The notes beneath the pieces are model-generated. The model saw only the letters and a list, made by a program, of their open reading frames with translations. It had not been told where the DNA came from and did not search any database. From assembly GCA_947629025.1 (NCBI GenBank), contig CANRCC010000004.1, positions 3,300 through 67,299 on the forward strand: a DNA stretch of 64,000 nucleotides, read 5' to 3'. The DNA comes from an uncultured Bacilli bacterium (GTDB lineage: Bacteria; Bacillota_I; Bacilli_A; RF39; UBA660). This document shows positions 1 to 10,063 of the stretch, piece by piece. The translations under genes and the position numbers were made by a program. The stretch's first letter is position 1, and the number at the start of each line of letters is the position of its first letter.

Positions 1-2029
1 AATAGAGGGTAATGATAAGATAAGAGTTAAATTAGCAGGTGTTACTAATCCTGATGAAGCAAGAGATTATATAACAGTTGCAGGGGAATTATCATTTAGA
101 GATAGTAGTGATAATAAATTAATGGATAAATCTGTTTTAGCAGATAGTGGTGCGAAAATATCACAAGATTCAAATGGTAATCCAGCAATACTTTTAAATA
201 TTAAAGATAAAGATAAATTTTATGAGGTTACTAGTCAAATTAGTCAAACTGAAGATAAATTAATAGTTATTTGGCTTGATTATGATAAAGCAGAAGGAGA
301 TAGTTATAAAACTGCTAAGGATAATTGTGGTAACTTTGAAAATGTTAATGATACAAAATGTTTATCTGCTGCGACTGTAAGTGAGGGATTTAGTAGTAAT
401 GTTATTATTCAAGGTAATTTTACTGAAGAACAAGTTAAAACATTAGTTGATTTAATTAATTCTGGTTCTACAAATGTTAAATTTAAAGAAATATCTTCTA
501 AAACAGTTGGGTCTGAATTTGGAGCAGATGCACTTGATAAAACAATGGTAGCAGGAATAATTGGTATCTTATTAATAGTAGTATTTATGGTTATTATGTA
601 TAGATTTTCTGGATTAATATCATCTATGTCATTAATACTTTATACATTTGCTGTATTCTTAATTTTCTATCTTATAGAAGCAGTATTAACTCTTCCTGGT
701 ATAGCAGCGCTTGTTTTAGGTATTGGTATGGCAATAGATGCTTGCGTAATAACATCAGAAAGAATTAAAGAAGAACTTCAAAAAGGTAGAAGTCTTAAAA
801 CAGCATTTATAAATGGTAATAAGAGTTCATTTAGTGCAATATTAGATTCAAACATAACTACTCTTATAGTTGCGATTATATTATTTGCATTTGGAGAAAG
901 TTCTGTTAAAGGATTTGCTACTATGCTTATGATAAATATAATTATGACTATGTTTATTATCATATTTATAAATAGATCAATTATGAAATTATTTGTAAAT
1001 ACAGGATATTTTGATGATAAGTTAAAACTATTTATAAAATTTGATAAAAAGAAACCTAAAAAAGATATTAAATTTAACTTTGTAAATTCATTTAAAAAAT
1101 TCTTATCAGCATCTTTAATTGTATTTGTAGTTGGATTTGTTACTATGCTTATTAGTGGATTTAATTTTGGTATTGACTTTACTGGAGGATCAGATATATC
1201 AATAATTACAGATAAGAATGTAAGTTTAAGTGATATTAAAAAAGATGTTAAATCATTAAAAATGAATGTAGTAGACATAACAAAAGCTGATGATAATACT
1301 ATATATGTTAAAGTAGATGAGGTATTAGATGAGAATAAAGTTAAGAGTACATCTAAGTATTTTGAAGAAAAATATGATTCTAAAACTGAAATAGCAGTAG
1401 TATCTAATATCGTAAAAAGAGATTTAATAAAAAATGCAATTATATCATTAATATTTGCATTCATTGGTATAATAATTTATATTTCATTAAGATATAAATT
1501 TAGTTATGCAGTTAGTGCGGTACTTGCGCTTTTACATGACGTATTAATTATAATATGTTTATTTGCTATATTGAAACTTGAAATTAGTTCTATATTTGTC
1601 GCAGCAATATTAACAATTGTTGGTTATTCAATAAATAATACAATAGTAATATTTGATAGAATAAGAGAAAATATGAAAGGTGTAACTAGTAAAAAACCAT
1701 CATTATCAGAATTAAAAGATGTTGTAAACTTAAGTGTTAAAGAAACATTATTTAGATCAATAAATACAACAACAACAACAATGCTTCCAATTATTATGCT
1801 TATATTTATGGGAGCTAAAGAAATATTTGAATTTGATATTGCAATACTAATAGGATTAATCGCAGGGGCTTATTCATCTATATTCTTATCTTCTCAAATA
1901 TGGAGTATATTAGAATATAGAAGTTATAATAAAAAAGTTAAACCTAAAAAAGATTCTAAAAAGGGTAATAAAAAGAAAGAAAATAAAAAGAAACCAGAAG
2001 AATTAATTGTAAAAGGTATTAACTCATAA
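1..2029 (+). CDS. secDF: Protein translocase subunit SecDF (fused), 5' end outside window
   Basis: The frame is open from base 2 (IEGNDKIRVKLAGVTNPDEARDYITVAGELSFRD, SecD head-domain-like), so the ATG at 122 is internal. It has two multi-TM SecD/SecF-type blocks and is followed by relA-dtd as in Bacillus. Confidence 0.85.
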   Translation, partial: IEGNDKIRVKLAGVTNPDEARDYITVAGELSFRDSSDNKLMDKSVLADSGAKISQDSNGNPAILLNIKDKDKFYEVTSQISQTEDKLIVIWLDYDKAEGDSYKTAKDNCGNFENVNDTKCLSAATVSEGFSSNVIIQGNFTEEQVKTLVDLINSGSTNVKFKEISSKTVGSEFGADALDKTMVAGIIGILLIVVFMVIMYRFSGLISSMSLILYTFAVFLIFYLIEAVLTLPGIAALVLGIGMAIDACVITSERIKEELQKGRSLKTAFINGNKSSFSAILDSNITTLIVAIILFAFGESSVKGFATMLMINIIMTMFIIIFINRSIMKLFVNTGYFDDKLKLFIKFDKKKPKKDIKFNFVNSFKKFLSASLIVFVVGFVTMLISGFNFGIDFTGGSDISIITDKNVSLSDIKKDVKSLKMNVVDITKADDNTIYVKVDEVLDENKVKSTSKYFEEKYDSKTEIAVVSNIVKRDLIKNAIISLIFAFIGIIIYISLRYKFSYAVSAVLALLHDVLIIICLFAILKLEISSIFVAAILTIVGYSINNTIVIFDRIRENMKGVTSKKPSLSELKDVVNLSVKETLFRSINTTTTTMLPIIMLIFMGAKEIFEFDIAILIGLIAGAYSSIFLSSQIWSILEYRSYNKKVKPKKDSKKGNKKKENKKKPEELIVKGINS

Positions 2030-2049
2030 AAAAGGATATGATGTTATAA

Positions 2050-4197
2050 ATGGATAAAAAAGAAATAACTACATTAGATGAATTATTAGATGCAGTTAAA
2101 GTTTATATAAACGATGAAGATGAAATTAATACTATTATAAAAGCATATAATTATGCTTATAAAGTACATAAAAATCAAAAGAGATTATCAGGTGAAGATT
2201 ATATTCTTCACCCTCTTAATGTTGCTTATATTCTTACTAGTTTAAATGCTGATAGTGATACAATTTCAACTGCACTTTTACACGATGTTATAAGAAGAGG
2301 AAATAGTAGTATTAGTGATATTAGAAATGAATTTTCTAGTGAAATTGCTAATTTACTTGAGGGAATAACTACAATTAATGGTCTTAATATTTCAGTAGAA
2401 TCAGAAAATCTAATTAATTATCATAAAAAAATATTAGTTGGGTTAACTGAAGATGTAAGAATAATTATAATAAAAATTGCTGAAAGAGTTCATAATATGA
2501 GAACTTTATGGGCTATACCAGAAGAAAGTAGAAGAGAAAAAGCAAAAGAAACTCTTGAAATACTTGCGCCTATTGCGCATAGATTAGGGTTATCTTATTT
2601 AAAAGCAGAACTAGAAGAATTATCTTTAAAATATTATAATCCAACTGCATATTCATCAGTTGAAGAATTACTAGATAGTACAAAAGAAGAAAGAGAAAAG
2701 TCAGTTGAAGAAATGAAAAAAAGAGTATCAGATATTTTAATATCAAATGATATTTCTTTTGAAATAAAAGGTAGAGTAAAAAGTATTTATTCAATTTATA
2801 AAAAACTTCAAAAGGGAAAGAAATTTAGTGATATATATGATATATATGCACTTAGAGTAATAGTAGATACAATACCAGAATGTTATCAAGTTTTAGGGCT
2901 TATTCATGCTAAATTTAAACCAATTCCAAAAAGATTTAAAGATTATATTGCAAATCCAAAAACTAATATGTATAGATCTTTACACACAACAATTTTTGGA
3001 TATGATGGTAAACCTTATGAAATACAAATAAGAACTCATGAAATGGATAAAGTTGCAGAAAAAGGTATCGCTTCACACTGGTCATATAAAGAGCAAGGTA
3101 AAAAAATACAAAATTCAATGGAAGAAAAACTTCAAACATTTAGAAATATAATTGAACTTAATGATGAAGATTTAAACGATGAAGAATTTGTTACTACAGT
3201 TAAGAATGATATATTAGGTGAAAATATATATGTTTATACTCCAACAGGAGATGTATTTGAACTTCCTGAGGGTTCAACTCCTATTGATTTTGCATATAAA
3301 ATTCATACTAAGATAGGTGAAACAATGGTTGGTGCAATAGTTAATGATAATATTGTTCCACTAGATACAAAACTTCAAACAGGCGATATTGTTAAAATAA
3401 ATACAAATAAAAATTCAACACCATCTATGGAGTGGTTATCAATTGCAAGAACAAGTAGTGCAAAAAGTAAAATAAAATCATTCTTTTCTAAAATTGATAA
3501 AAAAGATGGTATAGAAAAAGGAAAAGAATTACTTCAAAAAGAATTAAGAAGAAAAAAGATATCTATGAATGATATTAATAATAATATAGATACTATTTTA
3601 AAAGAACTTAAAGTAGATAGTGAAGATGATATGTACTTTTCATTAGCAACTGGTAAGTTTTCATCTAATACAATTATAAATATTTTATTTAAAGAAGATA
3701 CTGATACTGAAGATGAATTATTAAATAAAATAAATAAGAATATTGAACATAAAATTGATGTTAAAAATGATATATTAGTTGGTGGAATTGATGAAATAAA
3801 AGTTTCTATCGCAAATTGTTGTAAGCCAATTAAAGGTGATGATATAGTTGGATATATATCAAGAGGAAATGGAATTATTGTTCATTTAAAAACTTGTAAG
3901 AATTTAAAAAATATGACTGATAGATTAATTGATGTATCTTGGAATGAAAATATAGATAAGAAATTTACTACTAATATTAGAGTATATGCTAATAAAAAAG
4001 AAAACTTACTTTTAGATATAATTACTAAATCACAAGGACTTAATATAAATATTTTAAAAGTAAATACAATATATGAAAATGATACAATAATTTATGATTT
4101 AAGTATTAATGTAGAAGATATAGATAAATTAAATAAATATTTAGCTAGTTTAAAAAGTATATCTGATATACAAGATGTTATTAGAAATATTAAATAA
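2050..4197 (+). CDS. relA: Bifunctional (p)ppGpp synthetase/hydrolase (RelA/SpoT homologue)
   Basis: 715 aa. HD hydrolase region (HPLNVA..LLHDV), synthetase block (YRSLHTTI..YEIQIRTHEMD), TGS-like YVYTPTGDVFELPEGSTPIDFAYKIH and a C-terminal ACT-like region. Confidence 0.92.
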   Translation: MDKKEITTLDELLDAVKVYINDEDEINTIIKAYNYAYKVHKNQKRLSGEDYILHPLNVAYILTSLNADSDTISTALLHDVIRRGNSSISDIRNEFSSEIANLLEGITTINGLNISVESENLINYHKKILVGLTEDVRIIIIKIAERVHNMRTLWAIPEESRREKAKETLEILAPIAHRLGLSYLKAELEELSLKYYNPTAYSSVEELLDSTKEEREKSVEEMKKRVSDILISNDISFEIKGRVKSIYSIYKKLQKGKKFSDIYDIYALRVIVDTIPECYQVLGLIHAKFKPIPKRFKDYIANPKTNMYRSLHTTIFGYDGKPYEIQIRTHEMDKVAEKGIASHWSYKEQGKKIQNSMEEKLQTFRNIIELNDEDLNDEEFVTTVKNDILGENIYVYTPTGDVFELPEGSTPIDFAYKIHTKIGETMVGAIVNDNIVPLDTKLQTGDIVKINTNKNSTPSMEWLSIARTSSAKSKIKSFFSKIDKKDGIEKGKELLQKELRRKKISMNDINNNIDTILKELKVDSEDDMYFSLATGKFSSNTIINILFKEDTDTEDELLNKINKNIEHKIDVKNDILVGGIDEIKVSIANCCKPIKGDDIVGYISRGNGIIVHLKTCKNLKNMTDRLIDVSWNENIDKKFTTNIRVYANKKENLLLDIITKSQGLNINILKVNTIYENDTIIYDLSINVEDIDKLNKYLASLKSISDIQDVIRNIK

Positions 4198-4294
4198 TTT
4201 TGTAGTATTACAAAATTATTTTATTTTATAAAAATTTTTATAATTTTCTTGAAGTCTATTTTATATAATGATAAAATACTATTAAGAGGTTTAT

Positions 4295-4741
4295 ATGAGA
4301 GTAATAGTACAAAGGGTTGATAATTGTAGTGTTCTAATAGATAATAAAAAAGAAGAAAGTATTAATAAAGGGTTAATGTTACTTGTTTGTTTTACATATA
4401 ATGATACTATAGATGATATTAATTATATAGTTAAAAAAATATGTAATTTAAGAATATTTTCTGATGATATGAATAAAATGAATTTGTCTATAAAAGATAT
4501 AAAGGGTGATATATTAGTAGTTTCACAGTTCACGTTATATGCAGATACTAAAAAGGGAAATAGACCATCATTTAATAAATCACTTCCTTATAATGAAGCA
4601 AAAATTTTATATGATAAACTTATATCTTGTTTTGAAAAAGAAAATTTAAATATTAAAACAGGTAAATTTGGAAGTGATATGATTCTTAATATAGTAAATA
4701 ATGGACCAGTTACTATAATAATAGATACTAAGGAGGAATAA
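4295..4741 (+). CDS. dtd: D-aminoacyl-tRNA deacylase
   Basis: 148 aa. MRVIVQRV start and SQFTLYADTKKGNRPSF motif. It sits directly after relA as in Bacillus. Confidence 0.9.
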   Translation: MRVIVQRVDNCSVLIDNKKEESINKGLMLLVCFTYNDTIDDINYIVKKICNLRIFSDDMNKMNLSIKDIKGDILVVSQFTLYADTKKGNRPSFNKSLPYNEAKILYDKLISCFEKENLNIKTGKFGSDMILNIVNNGPVTIIIDTKEE

Positions 4742-4742
4742 T

Positions 4743-5795
4743 ATGAAGAAAGTTAATTATAAAATGGTAAATTTATTAATAATATTAACTATAGTGTATA
4801 TATTATTTTTACTTAAAGATTTATGGTGCGGAGTATTTTTTAAAGTTCTTGCTATATTAAAACCTTTTATATTTGCATTTGCGATTGCATATGCATTAAA
4901 TCCATTTTTAAAATGGCTAGAAAAAAAGAAAATAAAAAAGCCATTTGGAATAATAATTATAATGGTACTTTTAATATTATTTTTAGCATTTATAATAATG
5001 TCTTTAATACCAATATTTACTGATCAATTAATTTCTTTATTTAGTAGTATTATGACATTTATAAGTGAAATGGGTAGTAAATATGATATTAATATAGATC
5101 CAATTAAGACTAATTTATCTGATATATTTAATAAAATATCTTATAATATAGGTAAATATATATCTGATGGTGCGGTTAATGTAGTAAATTCATCAATAAG
5201 TTTTATTAGTAATGCTGTTATAGTATTTGTATCTTCTATATATTTCTTAATAGATATGGATAAAATTAGGGATAATATAAAAGATTTCTTTAGTAAAGGA
5301 AACAAAAAAACATATAAATTAATTGATTTAATAGATCATGAAACTACACAATATTTTAAAGGACTTAGTTTAACACTTATTATCCAATTTTTTGAATATA
5401 CAATTATATATTATTTAATAGGTCATCCTAATTTCTTATTACTTGGTGTTTTATCATCAATATCTACATTAATACCTTATTTTGGTGGATTAGTTGTAAA
5501 TATAATTGCACTTGCAATCGCATCTGTTATAGATCCTACACTTACTTTATTAACTTTATTAGTAGCAATTATATTACCTAATATAGATGGATATGTTATA
5601 AGTCCTAAAGTATATGGTAAGACAAATAATTTATCACCATTATTAACTATATTTGCAGTTTTTGCAGGTGGTGTTTTAGGAGGATTTATTGGTATATTAA
5701 TTGCACTTCCAGTTACAATTATACTAAGAACAATATATAATTATTATAAAAATGATATATCTAAAAAGATAATAAATATAAAAGATAAAATATAG
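4743..5795 (+). CDS. AI-2E family (PerM/UPF0118-like) membrane transporter
   Basis: 350 aa with about 8 hydrophobic helices in the layout typical of the AI-2E family. This is a family-level call only. Confidence 0.6.
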   Translation: MKKVNYKMVNLLIILTIVYILFLLKDLWCGVFFKVLAILKPFIFAFAIAYALNPFLKWLEKKKIKKPFGIIIIMVLLILFLAFIIMSLIPIFTDQLISLFSSIMTFISEMGSKYDINIDPIKTNLSDIFNKISYNIGKYISDGAVNVVNSSISFISNAVIVFVSSIYFLIDMDKIRDNIKDFFSKGNKKTYKLIDLIDHETTQYFKGLSLTLIIQFFEYTIIYYLIGHPNFLLLGVLSSISTLIPYFGGLVVNIIALAIASVIDPTLTLLTLLVAIILPNIDGYVISPKVYGKTNNLSPLLTIFAVFAGGVLGGFIGILIALPVTIILRTIYNYYKNDISKKIINIKDKI

Positions 5796-5806
5796 GAGGA
5801 TTTTTT

Positions 5807-6310
5807 ATGGCTAATATTATTACTATAATTAGAATTATTGGTATGTTTCCATTGTTTTTTATGATTATTAATAATGGACCACAATTAAGCAATTTTATTC
5901 TTTTTACAATACTTGGTGTAACAGATTTTCTAGATGGTTATATTGCAAGAAAATATAATCAAGTTACTAACTTTGGCAAGATTGCTGATGGAATAGCTGA
6001 TAAGCTTCTTATGCTTGGAACTACAATTGCTCTTTTAATAAGAAAGGTTATACCATATTGGACTTTAATTATATTTATTAGAGAAATAGTCGCAGTTATA
6101 TATGCACTTATTAATATTACAAAAAATAAAATTATAGTAAAACCTAGTATATATGGTAAACTTAAAACTAGTTTTCATATAATATCTATTGCCTTAGTAT
6201 TATTATTTGAAAAATGGAATATATATTCACAAATATTAATTATAATTGCAATATTATTATTTATTCCAGATGTAACATCAAGATTAAACTATTCAAAAAA
6301 GAAAATATAA
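5807..6310 (+). CDS. pgsA: CDP-alcohol phosphatidyltransferase (PgsA-like)
   Basis: 167-aa membrane protein with the family motif DFLDGYIARKYNQVTNFGKIADGIADK (D-x2-DG-x2-AR-x8-G-x3-D-x3-D). Substrate assignment rests on size only. Confidence 0.6.
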   Translation: MANIITIIRIIGMFPLFFMIINNGPQLSNFILFTILGVTDFLDGYIARKYNQVTNFGKIADGIADKLLMLGTTIALLIRKVIPYWTLIIFIREIVAVIYALINITKNKIIVKPSIYGKLKTSFHIISIALVLLFEKWNIYSQILIIIAILLFIPDVTSRLNYSKKKI

Positions 6311-6325
6311 TAATATTTTTTTATC

Positions 6326-6354
6326 TTGATATGATTAAAAAAATGTGTTAAAAT
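6326..6354 (+). promoter_or_regulatory. Sigma-A type promoter for the 6377 gene
   Basis: TTGATA, 17 nt spacer, then TGtTAAAAT (extended -10), about 23 nt upstream of ATG 6377. Confidence 0.4.
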
Positions 6355-6376
6355 ATGCCATAAAAAGGTGACTTAT

Positions 6377-7222
6377 ATGGGAGAAATATGTAAATATTAT
6401 AGTTGGAAACATTTAAAATTTATAGAATCTTGTATAGATAGTGGAAGATATGAAAGAGCATTAAAAGAATTTGAGATATATTTTAATAATTTTCCAGAAG
6501 ATGCGGTTGCAAGAACAATTTATGCTGATCTATTAACTAAACTTGGTAGATTTGATGAAGCTGATGAATTATTTGAAAAAATACGTACTTTAAGAGATTT
6601 TAATAGAGTTGAAAAAGCATTTTATTTTCGTTTATTAATAAAACTTAGATGTTATCAAAAAAGATTTAAAGATGCTATGGATTTAAGTAAATTAATTAGT
6701 GATACTGATTATAAGTTAACTAATGTAGAAGAAGTATTTATTTTAAAACAGTTAAATTCTAGTAAAATTAATGAATCTGAAAGTTCTGTATATCTTATTA
6801 ATCAAATTTTAGATTATAGTGAGCAAGGTTTTTTTGGACACATTGAAAAACATACGATGGATTCAAATGTTTTAGGTTGTTGTAAATTTTATGATGATTT
6901 TCCTTTAGAAGAAGTCGTTTCAAATATTAAGGAAATTATTCCATCAAATAATAAGATATGTGGTGCGATTGTTACATATACTGAAACATTTAAATATGAT
7001 GATTGCGGAAAAATAGATGAAACTGTAACTAACTATTTTAAAGTTGTAGCAATAAGCAATACTAATGAAATTATTACAATGTATCCATGTACTCAAGTAG
7101 ATTCTGCTAGATATACTGATTTAAATCATCTAAGATATGATATTGAATCAAAAGAAAGTAGTAGTAAAATAAAACGTTTGAGTCAAATAGAAAAATTTAA
7201 TCAAAAATATAATATTTGTTAA
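6377..7222 (+). CDS. Hypothetical protein with N-terminal TPR-like repeats
   Basis: Track ORF is 6368..7222. ATG 6377 is preferred because AAAGGTG lies 6 nt upstream. The N-terminal segment RYERALKEFEIYFNNFPEDAVARTIYADLLTKLGRFDEADELF looks TPR-like. The C-terminal half is unrecognised. Confidence 0.6.
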   Translation: MGEICKYYSWKHLKFIESCIDSGRYERALKEFEIYFNNFPEDAVARTIYADLLTKLGRFDEADELFEKIRTLRDFNRVEKAFYFRLLIKLRCYQKRFKDAMDLSKLISDTDYKLTNVEEVFILKQLNSSKINESESSVYLINQILDYSEQGFFGHIEKHTMDSNVLGCCKFYDDFPLEEVVSNIKEIIPSNNKICGAIVTYTETFKYDDCGKIDETVTNYFKVVAISNTNEIITMYPCTQVDSARYTDLNHLRYDIESKESSSKIKRLSQIEKFNQKYNIC

Positions 7223-7293
7223 TTTAATTTTATAAAAAATATATTTGTATTTTTTTCTTTTTTTGTATATAATATTAACTTAAAGGTGGTACT

Positions 7294-8106
7294 ATGGATA
7301 AATTTAATTATGCTTTATATTTTGATAGAGAACAAATCTTTAGTGTAGATGATAAAGAGAGCATTAAAGTATTTAATAAAGCATTAAAAGATATAAGTAA
7401 AATAGAAGAATATTTTAGTTTAAAATTTCCAAATATGGAAAAAGTAAGACCTATAATTGCCTTATCATATAAATTTAATAAAGATTTAAACTATAAAGAT
7501 AGAATAAATTATATTACTGGAATTATATATTGTACAAAATATATAAAAATAGAAGATGTATATACATTTATAGATAATTTACCTTCTGGTGATTATATTG
7601 AGGGAAAAAGCATGTTCTTTAATAAAGGTTATGAAAATAATGATAATGGTTTTTTTGTAAATGCTTTTGATTCAAAACCCCTTAATTATTTTGAAACAAG
7701 TGAATTATTAAAAAAAGCTGATGAAGAATTATTTAATGAAGGATTATTAATTGATTTTGATGAAGATATTTTAATATCTATTGAGGATATTGATGATGAA
7801 GATGAGGATGAGGATGAGGATGAAGAATACTTTGAGTATGAAAATAATGAAACATATAATAATGTTTTTTATGAGATAACACCAAGAGAAAAACTTAATT
7901 TATTTAAAGAAAATTTTGAAGAATTTATTAATATTATGTTATATAGAAAATGTGTAGAAGAAAGAAAAAATAATAGAAGAAGACGATTTATAATTAATGG
8001 TATGAGAGATTATTTTAATTATGTTATGAATATTATGGAATCTGCATATGAGATTGATAAAAAACAAAAATCATATAAGTCAGATGATTTATCTGAATTT
8101 CTATAA
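7294..8106 (+). CDS. Hypothetical acidic protein
   Basis: 270-aa ORF with RBS AAAGGTGG before the ATG. Central DDEDEDEDEDEE tract and a basic NNRRRRF patch. No recognisable domain. Confidence 0.6.
   Translation: MDKFNYALYFDREQIFSVDDKESIKVFNKALKDISKIEEYFSLKFPNMEKVRPIIALSYKFNKDLNYKDRINYITGIIYCTKYIKIEDVYTFIDNLPSGDYIEGKSMFFNKGYENNDNGFFVNAFDSKPLNYFETSELLKKADEELFNEGLLIDFDEDILISIEDIDDEDEDEDEDEEYFEYENNETYNNVFYEITPREKLNLFKENFEEFINIMLYRKCVEERKNNRRRRFIINGMRDYFNYVMNIMESAYEIDKKQKSYKSDDLSEFL
7801..7824 (+). repeat. In-frame hexanucleotide microsatellite (GATGAG)x3 plus GATGAA
   Basis: gatgaggatgaggatgaggatgaa read directly. It encodes DEDEDEDE inside CDS 7294..8106. Confidence 0.8.
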
Positions 8107-8111
8107 AAATA

Positions 8112-8142
8112 AAAGAGTAATTATTAAATTAATTACTTTTTT
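8112..8142 (+). terminator. Intrinsic terminator after 7294..8106
   Basis: Stem agtaatt/aattact (8116-8122 / 8131-8137) followed by a T run at 8138-8142. Confidence 0.55.
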
Positions 8143-8143
8143 A

Positions 8144-8152
8144 TGTTATAAT
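8144..8152 (+). promoter_or_regulatory. Extended -10 element upstream of hisS
   Basis: TGtTATAAT lies 24 nt upstream of GTG 8176. No T-box leader fits in the 69-nt gap. Confidence 0.4.
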
Positions 8153-8175
8153 TATTCTGTTAGGTGGTGATATAT

Positions 8176-9429
8176 GTGATACAAAAATTAAAAGGTACTT
8201 ATGATGTATATGGTGATTTATCAATAAAACATAATTATGTAAAAAAATTATTTGAAGAAATATGCAGTAATTATAATTATAATTATATTGAAACTCCATT
8301 AATTGAAAGAAGTGAACTATTTCATAGAGGAGTAGGAGAAACTACTGATATTGTAACTAAAGAAACATATGATTTTGTTGATAGAGGAAATAGAAATAAT
8401 ACTATAAGACCAGAGGGGACAGCAGGTGTAGCAAGAGCTGTAATTGAAAATAAATTGTATAACACTCTTCCTTTAAAATTATATTATATGGGTTCTATGT
8501 TTAGATATGAAAGACCTCAAAAAGGTAGATATAGAGAACTTAGACAATTAGGAATTGAACTTTATGGAGTAGATAATCCTATTTCTGATGCAGAGGTTAT
8601 ATCATTAGGAGTTAATTTTTTAAATGAGTTAGGTCTTAAAAATATAACTGTTAAAATTAATTGTCTAGGAGGAATTGAAACAAGAAAAAAATATAAGGAA
8701 GCTTTAATTAATCACTTTAAAAATAATATAGATGAATTTTGTGATGATTGTAAAGAAAGATTAGAAAAAAATCCACTTAGAATACTTGATTGTAAAGTAG
8801 ATAATAAAAATAAACTTATGAAGAGTGCTCCATCAATACTTGATTTTTTAACTAAAGAAGAAAAAGAAAATTTTGATAAAGTTAAAAAATATTTAGATGT
8901 TTTAGATATTAAGTATGTTATTGATAATACATTAGTAAGGGGACTTGATTATTATACTAATTTAGTATTTGAATTTATATCTGATGATGTTGATGATATT
9001 GGTTCTATTGGTGGTGGTGGTAGATATGATAATTTACTTAAATCATTAGGTGGACCTGATATACCATCAGTTGGATTTGCATTTGGTATGGATAGAGTAG
9101 TTAGTGTACTTGCAAGTTTAGAAATTAAATTACCTATTAATAATGATTTAGATGTATATATTCTTAATATTAGTGAGAAAGAATTTAATTATTCAATAGA
9201 ATTACTTCAAAATCTTAGAATGTGTGGTTATAGAGCAGATATGGATTTATCAAATAAAAATATGAAAGGTAAGTTTAAAGAGGTAGATAGATATAATAGT
9301 AAATATATAATTATTATTGGAGAAGATGAGGTTAAAACTGGAATTCTTACTATAAAAGATAATATAACTAAAGAAGAGACAAAAGTTAATTATGATGATT
9401 TAATTGATTTTTTAGATACAAATGTATAA
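8176..9429 (+). CDS. hisS: Histidine--tRNA ligase
   Basis: Class II aaRS/HisRS motifs FRYERPQKGRYRELRQLG, GGGGRYD and GFAFGMDR. GTG 8176 is preferred over GTG 8164 because AGGTGG lies 8 nt upstream. Confidence 0.92.
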   Translation: MIQKLKGTYDVYGDLSIKHNYVKKLFEEICSNYNYNYIETPLIERSELFHRGVGETTDIVTKETYDFVDRGNRNNTIRPEGTAGVARAVIENKLYNTLPLKLYYMGSMFRYERPQKGRYRELRQLGIELYGVDNPISDAEVISLGVNFLNELGLKNITVKINCLGGIETRKKYKEALINHFKNNIDEFCDDCKERLEKNPLRILDCKVDNKNKLMKSAPSILDFLTKEEKENFDKVKKYLDVLDIKYVIDNTLVRGLDYYTNLVFEFISDDVDDIGSIGGGGRYDNLLKSLGGPDIPSVGFAFGMDRVVSVLASLEIKLPINNDLDVYILNISEKEFNYSIELLQNLRMCGYRADMDLSNKNMKGKFKEVDRYNSKYIIIIGEDEVKTGILTIKDNITKEETKVNYDDLIDFLDTNV

Positions 9430-10063
9430 TAAGGATAATATGAATAAGATAGATATAATTGAAAATTATTTAGATGAAGTAATAGAAAATCCAAGATGTG
9501 AACTAAATTATGATAAAGATTATGAATTATTAATTGCAATTATGCTTAGTGCACAAACTACTGATAAAAGAGTTAATAAAGTAACAAAAGTATTATTTGA
9601 TAAATATAAGACTTTAGAAGAGTTAAAAAATGCCAATATAGATGATTTAAAAATGATAGTTAGAGAACTTGGGTCTTATAATAAAAAGGCAATGTATATA
9701 AAACAAATAGCAACTATAATAGTAGATAAGTATGATAGTGTTATGCCAAGAAAAAGAGAATATCTACAAACTATGCCTGGTGTTGGTAGAAAAACTATTA
9801 ATGTTTTATTTGGTGAACTTGATATAGAACCTAATATTGCAGTTGATACTCATGTAGAAAGAGTAAGTAAAAGATTAGGTCTTGCTAAAGTAAATGATTC
9901 TGTACTCGATGTAGAAATGAAACTTAGAAGAAAATTTAAAAAAGAAAATTGGAATAAACTACATAAACAATTGGTACTTTTTGGAAGATATCATTGTAAG
10001 GCAATTAAACCTGAGTGTGATAATTGTAAATTAAAAGAAATATGTAAGAGAGAAGTGAAATAA
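9422..10063 (+). CDS. nth: Endonuclease III
   Basis: 213 aa. HhH-GPD region (MPGVGRKTINVL) and C-terminal 4Fe-4S ligands C-x6-C-x2-C-x5-C (CKAIKPECDNCKLKEIC). The start is uncertain between 9422 and 9440. Confidence 0.88.
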   Translation: MYNKDNMNKIDIIENYLDEVIENPRCELNYDKDYELLIAIMLSAQTTDKRVNKVTKVLFDKYKTLEELKNANIDDLKMIVRELGSYNKKAMYIKQIATIIVDKYDSVMPRKREYLQTMPGVGRKTINVLFGELDIEPNIAVDTHVERVSKRLGLAKVNDSVLDVEMKLRRKFKKENWNKLHKQLVLFGRYHCKAIKPECDNCKLKEICKREVK

